Virus record (IMG/VR): IMGVR_UViG_3300028844_003474
Coordinates: 1 to 64,000 of that record
Origin: a virus
Reading direction: 5' to 3' (one strand)
Length of the DNA stretch: 64,000 bases
In this document: positions 36,601 to 45,773 of the stretch, piece after piece
Numbering within the stretch: position 1 is the stretch's first letter
How the letters are laid out: each line of letters begins with the position of its first letter
The notes under the pieces: model-generated
The model's database searches: none
What the model was told of the DNA's origin: nothing
What the model saw: only the letters and a program-made list of their open reading frames with translations
Translations under genes and position numbers: made by a program

Positions 36601-39555
36601 CTTACGTTGCTGACAGAGCAGTTTTTTGCTCAAAATGGAGAAGGTTTTTCTAATGAGTTAACTGAAGTCATTCTATCATTTTTAAATGAAGACGGAATAG
36701 CACCCGGTACTCCTGCATTTAACTGGTTAATAAGCGCTCCTGTTAATCCTAATGGTTATGTCGGTATTGGGCAATATGCAATGCCCGGATCAGGAGTTTG
36801 GGCACAAAATAGTTCAGGATCTCCCGTAAGTCTGGAAATAACTGCAGATATGGGTGTCTATGATTTTGAATTTCCTTTAAGCACAGGTAATGAAGTTTAT
36901 CTCGGATCAGCAGGTCCTGGAAGTGATGGAACTGGATACGGAGGACGTGCAGCAGTTGCAAGTCAATCATCTCAGAATTACACTCCTGCAGATCATTCTA
37001 CAATAGTTGTACTTGACTATGTAAATGACAGTACGTATATGCCTTGGATCTTTTTACACCATCGATTTATGGACGATGCTACAAATGGTTCTGAGCAAAT
37101 TTTTGAAGACAACCATAACTCTATGCCAAACTTTCCATGGGTCTTTACAGACTCTACTAAAGTTAGAGCTTCTAATTACGTTGAAGAATATGGTCCACAC
37201 AATCAACAACCCTTGTATGTAAACATTCCTCAACCTCTAGATACTAATGAAGGTGCTTGGTGCTTTATCCCTACTCTTTTTCAAGACACGGGATCTACTT
37301 GGTATGATGTAGAGTCTGGCAACATTTATAATAGACTTGGATTAGAGTTGTTTGATAGTAATGGGGATATTACTAACATCATTTATTTAGATGAAGGAGA
37401 TACTCTGTGGATAAGGCATAATGATCCGTACGATTGGCCTATTAAAGGCAAAATGTATTTTACCAACTTATATGGAGACATTAATGGAGATGGTATAATT
37501 AATATTAATGACCTTATAGAGTTGTTTACATACTTTTTGTTATGTGAGGATGAAGCTTCTGAAATTGCATATTTTGACGCAAATGGAGACGGGTGTATTA
37601 CTACATCTGATTTCATAGTAGTCTTAGCAAACTTTGGAGGTACTGTAGGTAGTGCTATTGGTGACTTTAGCGGAAGTGTATGGGATGAAGTAGGCCCTGA
37701 AAGATTGGCCTACAGTGGAAATAGATGGGATCACCCTGATTGGCCTACTGCAGACATTGAAGCAGCTTTTGTTGGAGGTACTTTCCCAAGTATCTATGAA
37801 ATTGGAAACGTTAATGCTACAAAGATTTTAAATATGCCTGGAGAGAAAATTCAGGTGTTTAACAGCAGATTAAACAGTTTTATAGAAGGTCAAAACTCTA
37901 TTCAACTGCCAACAACTGGAGGTCCTTACTTTATTGTTACAGACAGAACAGTCTCATATTATGATGTAACTGAAGTTCCTGACGTTGTTACTGTAACTGC
38001 TACAGATGCTACTATTAGCGATGCTAACGGAGGTAAAACTGCAGTTCTTCCTTCTTTAGCTGCTGCATACGTTGGGGGCGCTAATCAGTTTTGGACAAAC
38101 TTCTATGAAGACATGAAGACAATAGATGGAGGATTTGATGCAGATAATGCTGATGCTCCTACGTTGGCTCAGGTTTATTACGGTATTAACTCTGGAGTAA
38201 GCGCTAATCCTCTTAATTTAAACAATGCTAAAGTTGAAGGTTTAATTGACATGTTTGGCGCAGGTGATGCTAGACATGGATATACTCTTGAATCTTCTAT
38301 TGGCGTTCAAAATGACGATCGATGGACTAAAACTGCTACAGGATACACCAACTTTAAGCTAAATAGAGATTATCCACTTTTTCAGCCTACTATGGTTCCT
38401 CTGGCTTACGCTTTACCTAGAGTTAGAAGTTCTAGAGACGAAGAGCAAATTTTACCAAGATTTGAAACACAGGCAAAAATAGATAGACTTTTTAACGACG
38501 GTATAGCTGAGAATTTTGATGAGTTTAGCGAACTTTCTGGAAGAAGAGAGCCTGGCGTTACAGAATGGGGAGGAGACATTAAAGTACATTATGATGTTCC
38601 TTTACATAATGGTGTATTAGCAATGTGTGATTTCATGACACTGCAAGATTATTTTGAATTTAAGATGTATGGAGTTAGTCCTAAGTTTGGACAAACTAAT
38701 GCAGGTTCTTCAAATCCTAGAACTGTTACTGAAAGCTTTGGTACCGTTTACAATACTGGAGCAGTTGAAGGTGTTCCTAACGCTCCTGGTATTGGATACG
38801 CTCCAAGCTTGTGTAACAATCTTGCAGATTACAGCAGTAATATTGTAATTCCATTTTTAACTGCTAACATTGGAAATACCGTAGTATTACCTCAAGATCC
38901 TACGCCTGTTACTCAAGACGGAATTCAGCGTAATACTGATGATGCAGGTCACCAAAACTGGTTTGGAAATTCTGCTGCATTTGTACATAACGGAAGTTTT
39001 GGACCGCTTGTATATGATTTTAATATGAATGGTACTTGGGATGCAGATGATTTGACTATTTGGAATAACTTGGTTACAGTATGGACTGACAATAATATCA
39101 GAGAAGGTCAAGAATCTTATTCTGATGCAAGTTATTACAGGCCTGCAACAGACGCTTTAAATGAAGCTGTTAACGTCATACATGACTATGAGGATGGAGG
39201 ATCTTATTATGCTTCTTGGAATTTTAACAAATGGTTTGATGCTACTGCTACTGCAGATCCATTCGGCTACGTTGACAACTGGCATGCTTGTTTAAACCAA
39301 CCAGAATGGAATTTAAACCTAATAAACCTTGTAGAATTAACTACAACTGCGTTTAAAGGAACAAGTGTTAAAGAAGATTCATTTTTGTACAACACTGATA
39401 GAACTGGATTTAATCCAAGTTTACTTGTTCCTACAGTCTTAAACAATTATGGAAAAGTTGCTATAGGCGACTATGTACCCGCCGGAGATTTACTTGAATA
39501 TCAAGTTGTACCAAGTAGTAATTACTTTCCAGTTACAATGTATTGGCATCCTTGA
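33631..39555 (+). CDS. Giant secreted acidic protein with paired dockerin-like EF-hand repeats
   Basis: Signal peptide MKYIKNTLISIFLIGASFGSHA-Q; DINGDGIININDLIELF and DANGDGCITTSDFIVVLANFG; extra DFNMNGTWDADD. Confidence 0.85.
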   Translation: MKYIKNTLISIFLIGASFGSHAQYAGQFSGVPINLESVPHLEYLIELGSIACTTAPSCVVNAMSFDNPGAVEALQGYSYVGTSDLIIQNSQHLSLCQGSAPNDPNGVTKIIPLNTMFEKGINIDRLWVGRQVTPVSIPQSHLIIDTQYDSLIVDEVWVPYGATLEIIGPNPLIVRKELHNRGTIICDENLLIPVTTDDPDAIKGFHALFEQKGEVIGRYSAEVMRNERPEFLNWDWVIENFGVQATFIDSLQMLGLDPYAIGLYEEIYESHLLEGDPWYMYKLELDGVEEVYNQFSMSGVPVKGVRFGGQYKDFARVALYKDASPRFPYKWQFPEETTLPTSYSFLSELGDEIAAIYMKQEDLNYYHNVVLNNAPEFFSSGSLNDYENYSDSYTTGEWERVSFMRPELTNEIGFSTGIRTRYQYGYDAETDTYIGEGNWWPWQYADGDPGYPDNVPLPWVDPETGALDYSIEQIAPEYLDKISYQDYRNLGTYVNGSAFTTIDTDLEEIFVSFEYCLSENIIHTLEGPEILPNTRLVNNPIAQGLDTVWTWRPGGCTDTIVSTYGLFDAAQSTNSGILWNFYLMNDPTQDNIWNLTEMMERDTTVAGYDSIYDYNWYYRNELEASQSIFNGWDIWFSKSPDVGPNSYREGSFFGDVETMGSNGNQIWENPIKSFIADTAGRFMPQLYGDAINWDSILAQNSYYGNINLAPKLDSWLPDIPELGYMMDFYPDSMRMDPVETNPAYAWWGADWVAPDHSTPQPFPTMSFQYVGGVQNTEWIDRYTGYSWMNTLDAYNDSRMTYHPQTFESDPIIPNLPPNNSEDHLISYKLPTATDWVYTYAPNGLLYEAQTWSECLEVNDTTFCINYFNGVNQAYDEWGISIENDLTSISNSAYDDADLEIAFNNYYTRRNRWGSLANPLHGYLDLDLVADRYFEDYPESNHLEFAWWNPQNTTGTSNTNPGNVLNGTRKYWRRKYHRYGDEIVQDEIEYFLTLLTEQFFAQNGEGFSNELTEVILSFLNEDGIAPGTPAFNWLISAPVNPNGYVGIGQYAMPGSGVWAQNSSGSPVSLEITADMGVYDFEFPLSTGNEVYLGSAGPGSDGTGYGGRAAVASQSSQNYTPADHSTIVVLDYVNDSTYMPWIFLHHRFMDDATNGSEQIFEDNHNSMPNFPWVFTDSTKVRASNYVEEYGPHNQQPLYVNIPQPLDTNEGAWCFIPTLFQDTGSTWYDVESGNIYNRLGLELFDSNGDITNIIYLDEGDTLWIRHNDPYDWPIKGKMYFTNLYGDINGDGIININDLIELFTYFLLCEDEASEIAYFDANGDGCITTSDFIVVLANFGGTVGSAIGDFSGSVWDEVGPERLAYSGNRWDHPDWPTADIEAAFVGGTFPSIYEIGNVNATKILNMPGEKIQVFNSRLNSFIEGQNSIQLPTTGGPYFIVTDRTVSYYDVTEVPDVVTVTATDATISDANGGKTAVLPSLAAAYVGGANQFWTNFYEDMKTIDGGFDADNADAPTLAQVYYGINSGVSANPLNLNNAKVEGLIDMFGAGDARHGYTLESSIGVQNDDRWTKTATGYTNFKLNRDYPLFQPTMVPLAYALPRVRSSRDEEQILPRFETQAKIDRLFNDGIAENFDEFSELSGRREPGVTEWGGDIKVHYDVPLHNGVLAMCDFMTLQDYFEFKMYGVSPKFGQTNAGSSNPRTVTESFGTVYNTGAVEGVPNAPGIGYAPSLCNNLADYSSNIVIPFLTANIGNTVVLPQDPTPVTQDGIQRNTDDAGHQNWFGNSAAFVHNGSFGPLVYDFNMNGTWDADDLTIWNNLVTVWTDNNIREGQESYSDASYYRPATDALNEAVNVIHDYEDGGSYYASWNFNKWFDATATADPFGYVDNWHACLNQPEWNLNLINLVELTTTAFKGTSVKEDSFLYNTDRTGFNPSLLVPTVLNNYGKVAIGDYVPAGDLLEYQVVPSSNYFPVTMYWHP

Positions 39556-39560
39556 TCATG

Positions 39561-39586
39561 AAATGAAACCCTGGCTATGATATAGC
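39561..39586 (+). promoter_or_regulatory. Phage motif copy 5
   Basis: AAATGAAACC-CTG-GCTAT-GATA-TAGC. Confidence 0.7.
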
Positions 39587-39588
39587 AT

Positions 39589-40836
39589 ATGATGAAAGTA
39601 AACAGCAAAAAATTAAAAAGACAGAAAGAAGTATTACGTAAATGGGTAGCAAATAAGTGTAAGGGCACGTTAGAAGCGTGTACAGGATTTGGCAAAACTT
39701 ACACTGCAATATTAGCTATTCAAAAGACGAACGAGCAATATCCAGATTACAACATACTCGTTGTAGTGCCTACAAAGCACTTAAAGACGCAATGGAGTAA
39801 TGAAATTAAGAACCACGGCCTCACTAATACTGAGGTCGTGGTCATTAATACGGGTATTAAACAAGCGAGAAACTGTGATTTTTTAATTCTTGACGAGATA
39901 CATAATTACGCTAGTTATGTATTTAGCAAAATATTTTCACTGGTTTCTTACAAATGGGTTTTAGGATTAACTGCAACTTTAGAAAGACGAGATCAAAGAG
40001 ATGTTTTAATTAGAGATAAAGCGCCAGTTATTGATAGAATAACATTAACAGATGCTTTAAAAGAAGGTTATGTTTCAGAGTTTGTAACTTATAACGTACC
40101 GCTTATCCTTAGTGAAGCTCAGAGTAAAGATTACCAAGAGATGAGCAATGAGTTTAGTTTTTACTTTTCTAAGTTTGGTCATGACTTTGGTTCAGCAATG
40201 CACTGTCTTAAAAGCAAACCTGCTCGTGAAAACATAGCTAGAAAACAAGGAGTTACAGAAGGTCAAGTAATGGGATGGGCAGCTCAGTTTCAGAAAAACC
40301 TAGCTCGTAGAAAAAGTTATTTGTACAATCACCCTATTAAGCTAGAAGCAGCTGGTCGCATTGTAAACAGTGTGGATTTAAAGATGATAACTTTTAGCGA
40401 AAGCATAGATTTTACCAAAAAACTTACGGATATTACACATCCTTGGTCTGCCGCGTATCACGGCAAGATGGCTAAGTACCAAAGAGATGCAGTCCTTAAA
40501 GATTTTGAGGACGATAAGAGAGACATCAGAGTAATCAACGCAGCTAAAGCGTTAGACGAAGGATTAGATGTACCCGGAGTAGAAGTGGCGTTGATCTGTA
40601 GTGGTACCTCGGGGGGTAGGCAAAACATCCAACGCACAGGACGTGCAATTAGATTTCAAGAAGGGAAAAAAGCATTCATCATTAACTTGTATATAAAGAA
40701 TACACAAGATGAAAAATGGTTGCGAAAAAGACAAGAAAAGAACACTAACACGGTGACTCTAGAAGGAGTTGATGATTTGCTTTACAAGATTGCAGGAATC
40801 GAATCAGATAGAGTCACATTTGACCTATTTCAATGA
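39589..40836 (+). CDS. Superfamily 2 (DExH) helicase
   Basis: TGFGKT, DEIH, LTAT, LDEGLDVP, QRTGRAIR. Confidence 0.93.
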   Translation: MMKVNSKKLKRQKEVLRKWVANKCKGTLEACTGFGKTYTAILAIQKTNEQYPDYNILVVVPTKHLKTQWSNEIKNHGLTNTEVVVINTGIKQARNCDFLILDEIHNYASYVFSKIFSLVSYKWVLGLTATLERRDQRDVLIRDKAPVIDRITLTDALKEGYVSEFVTYNVPLILSEAQSKDYQEMSNEFSFYFSKFGHDFGSAMHCLKSKPARENIARKQGVTEGQVMGWAAQFQKNLARRKSYLYNHPIKLEAAGRIVNSVDLKMITFSESIDFTKKLTDITHPWSAAYHGKMAKYQRDAVLKDFEDDKRDIRVINAAKALDEGLDVPGVEVALICSGTSGGRQNIQRTGRAIRFQEGKKAFIINLYIKNTQDEKWLRKRQEKNTNTVTLEGVDDLLYKIAGIESDRVTFDLFQ

Positions 40837-41393
40837 CCATAGATCTAACCCGTTTCGTAACATTTTTGCGAGATGCGAAAATAACACCAGGCCAGTACAT
40901 ATTTCTGGCTACTATGTATGAGAAGAAATACAATCTCATATACATGCTTAAAGAAATAAGAAAAAACATAGTTACTAAAGAAGAATTAGAGGATTTAATT
41001 GATCGGAAGTTCATATACAATTGGAATCCTGAGGGCAGTTATGCTCTTGATCAATATGAGGCTACACAAAAGTTTATAGACTTGTATGAAGGCAAAGCTG
41101 AATGGGTTTGTGCCGAGCAGTTTATAGATGCTTTTCCAAGATTCATAAACATAAACGGCAAGCAAGTGCCTGCTCGTAATTGTGATTTAGATGTACTTGA
41201 AAAAAACTATTATCGTAAGATAGTAAAAAGAGGTTTACACGAAGAAGTCATGAAACAACTACTATGGGCTGTAGGTAACCACAAGGTATCTATGGGTATA
41301 GAAAAATGGTTTGTGTCTCGACAGTGGGAAGCTATAGAAGAAATGAGAAATTTTGAAAGCAATGTCAGCCTCCCAAGCGAACAGCAATTCTGA
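40833..41393 (+). CDS. Putative replication initiator/helicase loader
   Basis: F..FP..I.ING...AR and MGIEKW..SRQWE; directly upstream of DnaB as in crAss-like phages. Confidence 0.5.
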   Translation: MTIDLTRFVTFLRDAKITPGQYIFLATMYEKKYNLIYMLKEIRKNIVTKEELEDLIDRKFIYNWNPEGSYALDQYEATQKFIDLYEGKAEWVCAEQFIDAFPRFININGKQVPARNCDLDVLEKNYYRKIVKRGLHEEVMKQLLWAVGNHKVSMGIEKWFVSRQWEAIEEMRNFESNVSLPSEQQF

Positions 41394-42351
41394 AGGATTG
41401 CTAATTAAACAAATAGGTGCTTCGATAAAAGAAACTGAGCAAGAGATTTATTCATCAATGACAGGTGATCGTAAAATTATGCGATCGCGTTGGAACTCGT
41501 TGAATAGATATTTGCTTGGAGGATTTGAATTTGGGCAGACCTACATGCTTTGTGGCGCTTCAGGCCATGGCAAGAGTTATATGCTTAACAACTTGTTGCA
41601 AGACTTTATTGACCCTACTATTCAAAAACATCGTTGTAAGATTTTACACTTTTGTTTTGAAATGAGCGCCAGCTCAGAAATCATTAGGAAATTAAGTAGC
41701 ATTACTAGTATATCATATCGAGACATTCTTTCAGCAGATAAAACTTTAGGTCAAGATGAGTTTGGAGTTATTCAAGAGAAGTTACAAGAGATTAAAGAAC
41801 AGCCTATCTATTTTTGTGAAACGCCTGGCAATCGTGCAGATTTGTACAACACGATTAAAAAGATGCGTCAAAAGTTTCCTGACGACAACTTAGTTGTTAC
41901 GCTAGACCATGCTTTACTGGTACAGCAAATGACAGGAGAAAACGAAGTGCAAACTTTAGCAGAATTAGGTAAAATGTTTATTCAAATCCGCAAAGAGTTC
42001 AACACTTTAAATATTCTACTGTGTCAGTTAAACGACAAAATAGAATCTTCAATTCGTAGAGATCCAGGAGCAGCATCGTTGCACTTTCCTACTAAAACAG
42101 ATATTCATGGTTCTAAACAGTTGTATCATGCTACTGACGTTTGTCTAGTAATGCATCAGCCTGCTTTATTAGGACTGGAAGTCTATGGTAGACAACATGT
42201 TCCAACTGTGACTGAAGATGGGCGTAACTTGATAGCAATGCATGTGTTAAAAAACAGGCATGGTACTCAAGGGTACACTAGATTTGTGTCTGACCTGCAT
42301 GCAGGTAGAATTACAGAATGGGTTGACACAAGAACACACATAAATTTTTAA
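41353..42351 (+). CDS. dnaB: DnaB-like replicative helicase (no N-terminal domain)
   Basis: GASGHGKS, FEM, LDH, QLN, KNRHG. Confidence 0.9.
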   Translation: MKAMSASQANSNSEGLLIKQIGASIKETEQEIYSSMTGDRKIMRSRWNSLNRYLLGGFEFGQTYMLCGASGHGKSYMLNNLLQDFIDPTIQKHRCKILHFCFEMSASSEIIRKLSSITSISYRDILSADKTLGQDEFGVIQEKLQEIKEQPIYFCETPGNRADLYNTIKKMRQKFPDDNLVVTLDHALLVQQMTGENEVQTLAELGKMFIQIRKEFNTLNILLCQLNDKIESSIRRDPGAASLHFPTKTDIHGSKQLYHATDVCLVMHQPALLGLEVYGRQHVPTVTEDGRNLIAMHVLKNRHGTQGYTRFVSDLHAGRITEWVDTRTHINF

Positions 42352-42353
42352 AA

Positions 42354-43022
42354 ATGGAACTACCTAGTAAAAAAACAAAAGCAGTAATTCAAGACCCTAA
42401 GTTTTTATTGCTTTATGGATCTCCCAAAGCGGGTAAGACTTCGACACTGGCTAAGCTAGATAATTGTCTTATTATCGATACAGAACAGGGCACAGATTAT
42501 GTAGAAGCATTAAAGGTTAACGTTAACAGTTTAACTGCTTATACAGCGATGAGCAAAGCGTTTGCTGCTACTGATGTAAAGTATGATTACATTGCACTTG
42601 ACACTATTGACAACTTAGCAACCTGGGTTGAACAATATGTATGCAAGCAAAATAATGTAGCTACTATTGGTGACATGGAGTATGGTAAAGGTTTTGCACT
42701 TGTACGTGAAGCTGTTATTAAAGCTATTATGAAGTTGCAAGAATTTGCTACTAAGGGTATTATAGTTGTAGGTCACACTAAGACTAATACAATTATAGAT
42801 GAGGATCACAACAAGGTTATTAATATGAATGAGCTAAACCTTACAGGTAAGCTTAAGAATGAGTTAATGGCTAATGCAGATGCTATTGGATTTGTGTTTA
42901 GAGAAGAAGGCAAACTGAAGATTTCATTTAAAAGCGGAGAAGTTGCTACAACAGGTAGCCGCTGTCACCACTTAGCAGATCAGATTTTAGAATTTAATTG
43001 GAAAAATATTTATATCGACTAA
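42354..43022 (+). CDS. AAA_24/Sak4-like ATPase
   Basis: YGSPKAGKTS, IDTEQG, IALDT, YGKGF, ADAIG. Confidence 0.85.
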   Translation: MELPSKKTKAVIQDPKFLLLYGSPKAGKTSTLAKLDNCLIIDTEQGTDYVEALKVNVNSLTAYTAMSKAFAATDVKYDYIALDTIDNLATWVEQYVCKQNNVATIGDMEYGKGFALVREAVIKAIMKLQEFATKGIIVVGHTKTNTIIDEDHNKVINMNELNLTGKLKNELMANADAIGFVFREEGKLKISFKSGEVATTGSRCHHLADQILEFNWKNIYID

Positions 43023-43654
43023 TGTTTACAATAGACAACACACCAATAAATCGGGGGTTTCAACCTATGCCTGCCGGTACTAACGAGAATGTAAAACTCG
43101 TAAGAGTTGCATACGAGCCCTTTAAAAATGACGGAACAGGCGACAACGTCTTAAAGTTTGAATTTAAAGATGAGCAAAACAGGAGCTTTACACATAACGA
43201 ATGGGAGATAAAACCTGATCGTATTAAGCAAAATGCTCAAGCTTGGAATACCGACTACAAAGAGCTTCTTGAAAAAGAACTTGCTAGTATGTCAGAACGC
43301 ATTAAGCATATTATGGCTGCGTTTATGCCGTATGAAGACATTAAAGTTGCTGGTTCAACCTGGGCAGACTTTGCTAGAGCTATAATAGACAATCTTGGAG
43401 ATCGGTTTGAAGACGTACCGGTTAGGATTAAGCTAATCTTGAATAAAAAAGATTATTGTACGTTCCCTAAAAGAGCTATCAATGATTTTATTGTCAAGAT
43501 GAGCGCTCCTAATACCTTTTCATACAATCCTAAATACGATCGTATAGAACCGTTAGGTAAGACAGATTCTGATCTTAATGACATTTTAAACGGCACGCCT
43601 GCGCTTGAAGAGCCAATAGCAACACGTGCAGAAGACGATGATTTATCTTTTTAA
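43022..43654 (+). CDS. Putative ssDNA-binding protein
   Basis: Follows Sak4-like gene; acidic tail DDDLSF. Confidence 0.65.
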   Translation: MFTIDNTPINRGFQPMPAGTNENVKLVRVAYEPFKNDGTGDNVLKFEFKDEQNRSFTHNEWEIKPDRIKQNAQAWNTDYKELLEKELASMSERIKHIMAAFMPYEDIKVAGSTWADFARAIIDNLGDRFEDVPVRIKLILNKKDYCTFPKRAINDFIVKMSAPNTFSYNPKYDRIEPLGKTDSDLNDILNGTPALEEPIATRAEDDDLSF

Positions 43655-43705
43655 TTCGTTACACCGAAAGTGTAATGGAGTTTCGCTATAAGTGAAACCT
43701 TAGGT

Positions 43706-43736
43706 GAGGGGGGCTTTCGAGTCCCCCTCTACTTTT
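43706..43736 (+). terminator. Intrinsic terminator
   Basis: GAGGGGGGCT-TTCG-AGTCCCCCTC followed by TACTTTT. Confidence 0.8.
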
Positions 43737-43739
43737 AAT

Positions 43740-43916
43740 ATGAATTTAGAATTTCATCTTCACGGAAGATCTCCAGGATATTCTGCAGCTCCCCATAAAC
43801 GATTTTATATGGGGTGCTACCAATCAAAATACGAGCTTATGCGCGCACACGCATGGTTCTCTAAATTTTATTATGACATGACTATTAAAACAGTTAGCTA
43901 TGCTATACGAGATTAA
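43740..43916 (+). CDS. Small hypothetical protein
   Basis: ORF track, ATG after terminator. Confidence 0.5.
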   Translation: MNLEFHLHGRSPGYSAAPHKRFYMGCYQSKYELMRAHAWFSKFYYDMTIKTVSYAIRD

Positions 43917-44886
43917 ACAAAAGATTACAAAAGACTGGATATTAGAAAAAGTTAGTCAAGAGCAAGTAATGGAATACTATTTACACGTTCCTGTACAAAC
44001 TCGAGTCAAGTTTAAATCGCCTTTACGTCAAGACAAAAATCCGTCTTGTTCCTTTTTCTACAGTAAACAAGGCAAACTCTACTTTAGAGATTTTTCTAAT
44101 AACAAGAGCTTAGATTGTTTTGACGTTGCGTGTCAAGTAACCGATCTGCCTTTTAAAGAAGTACTGGCTCAAGTGGTTTCTGATATGAATTTGCAAAGTG
44201 AATCTTTTATAGTTAAGAACTATGAGCATCTTAATGCAGCTAAAGAAGACGCTAAAAAAGATACTCAAATCACAATTGCTCCTTTATTAGACGAGGATCA
44301 GTGGGCTTTAGACGCTTACGGCAAGAATTTTTGGCTGGAATACGGTATTACACCTAGTACTTTACGCAAGTTTAAAGTGTTTCAACTAAACATTGCTTAC
44401 ATAAACAACTCTCGAGTTTTTACATATAACGGAGTAGAACCTGCCTTTGCCTACTATTTTGAAGCGGGACTTTTCAAATTATATTTTCCACACTCCACAG
44501 GCACTAGGTTTATGCAAAATACAACGCATATTCAAGGCTTACAGCAACTGCCAAGTAAAGGAGACTTGTTAGTTATTACCAAAAGTCTAAAAGACGTAAT
44601 GGTATTTAACGAATATCGTGTTCATGCAATTGCTCCTCAAAGTGAAAGTTACAGTTTTTCTGAAGAAGATGTCTTAGATTGGAGCAAACGGTTTAGTCGC
44701 ATTGTTATTGTATACGACTTTGACTATACCGGAGTCACCAATGCTAATAAGTGGAGAAAGAAGTATAACTGGGAATACAAGTTTGTACAAGGAGCTAAAG
44801 ACATTTCAGATTTGTACAAAAGCTCCCCTTATCATGCAGAACAATGGATCAATTCTTTAAAACATGATAGTAATCGAGATACCTAA
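43900..44886 (+). CDS. DNA primase (crAss-type DnaG/TOPRIM)
   Basis: SPLRQDKNPSCSF, ITKSLKDVM, APQSE, YDFDYTG, KDISD. Confidence 0.9.
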   Translation: MLYEIKQKITKDWILEKVSQEQVMEYYLHVPVQTRVKFKSPLRQDKNPSCSFFYSKQGKLYFRDFSNNKSLDCFDVACQVTDLPFKEVLAQVVSDMNLQSESFIVKNYEHLNAAKEDAKKDTQITIAPLLDEDQWALDAYGKNFWLEYGITPSTLRKFKVFQLNIAYINNSRVFTYNGVEPAFAYYFEAGLFKLYFPHSTGTRFMQNTTHIQGLQQLPSKGDLLVITKSLKDVMVFNEYRVHAIAPQSESYSFSEEDVLDWSKRFSRIVIVYDFDYTGVTNANKWRKKYNWEYKFVQGAKDISDLYKSSPYHAEQWINSLKHDSNRDT

Positions 44887-45511
44887 CTATTTAACACACG
44901 TCCAATTAACAAAAGGAAGACGCCCAAAGTATTACAGTAAAAACGGCCATATTCCTAAAAAATATCAAAAGTATAAAGACTATGATGTTAAAGGAAGGCT
45001 GCTTGACGAATCTGGCAAACCGTTAATTGCTAATCCTGCATCAATTAACAAGCCTAGAATCAAGAAGATAAACGGTCAAGAATTATATAGTGGCAATATG
45101 CCTCCTCATCTAAGAAGCAAGATTGTAAACTGCATTAAAGAACAGTTTCAAGCTGTTGTTTGCAAATGTAACCCATTAAGCGAATTTCCTATAGCTATCG
45201 AGGCGGAGTTACACACAATTCCCGGTATAATGAATTGGGACTTAGATAATCAATGGATTTACCACAAATGCTTTCAAGATGCATTAGTAGCAGCAGGACT
45301 TATACCAGATGACAACATTTTCTACATCACTAAAGCTCCATCCTTTTCCTACTACCCGGTGGAGAGGCTGGAAGACCGCAAACTCATTTATAGAATTACC
45401 AAGGATGATCGACCCGAACTCCGAAGTCACCCCAACTACAAAGCGCACTACAGCTCAAAACAGATTTTATTGGAAAATAGTAGTCCCAATAGTTTGCTCA
45501 ACCTTGACTGA
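44864..45511 (+). CDS. RusA-like Holliday junction resolvase
   Basis: WDLDN...KCFQDALV.AGLIPDDN. Confidence 0.8.
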   Translation: MIVIEIPNYLTHVQLTKGRRPKYYSKNGHIPKKYQKYKDYDVKGRLLDESGKPLIANPASINKPRIKKINGQELYSGNMPPHLRSKIVNCIKEQFQAVVCKCNPLSEFPIAIEAELHTIPGIMNWDLDNQWIYHKCFQDALVAAGLIPDDNIFYITKAPSFSYYPVERLEDRKLIYRITKDDRPELRSHPNYKAHYSSKQILLENSSPNSLLNLD

Positions 45512-45773
45512 TCACGGGTGGGATCGTTCAACTGTTATTGACGGTGCATTGCCTGCGCCTTTAACTTACACTGATACACACAATTGGCTTAAGGCTAATT
45601 TTGCACTTACAGATGAAATAAGAGAAGACGGAATTGTTTTAGGCATGAAGATTATGTCTACTACAGATATGACAATAAAAAGATTTAGTGTCTACATCGA
45701 AAGCATTCGACAGTGGGCAGCAGAGTATATGAATACAGAGATTCCAGATCCACAATTACAATATGAATTATGA
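45405..45773 (+). CDS. NinB/YbcN-like recombination protein
   Basis: RTxAQNRFYW...STTxMT...F..YIE.I..WA...IPDP. Confidence 0.75.
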   Translation: MIDPNSEVTPTTKRTTAQNRFYWKIVVPIVCSTLTDHGWDRSTVIDGALPAPLTYTDTHNWLKANFALTDEIREDGIVLGMKIMSTTDMTIKRFSVYIESIRQWAAEYMNTEIPDPQLQYEL

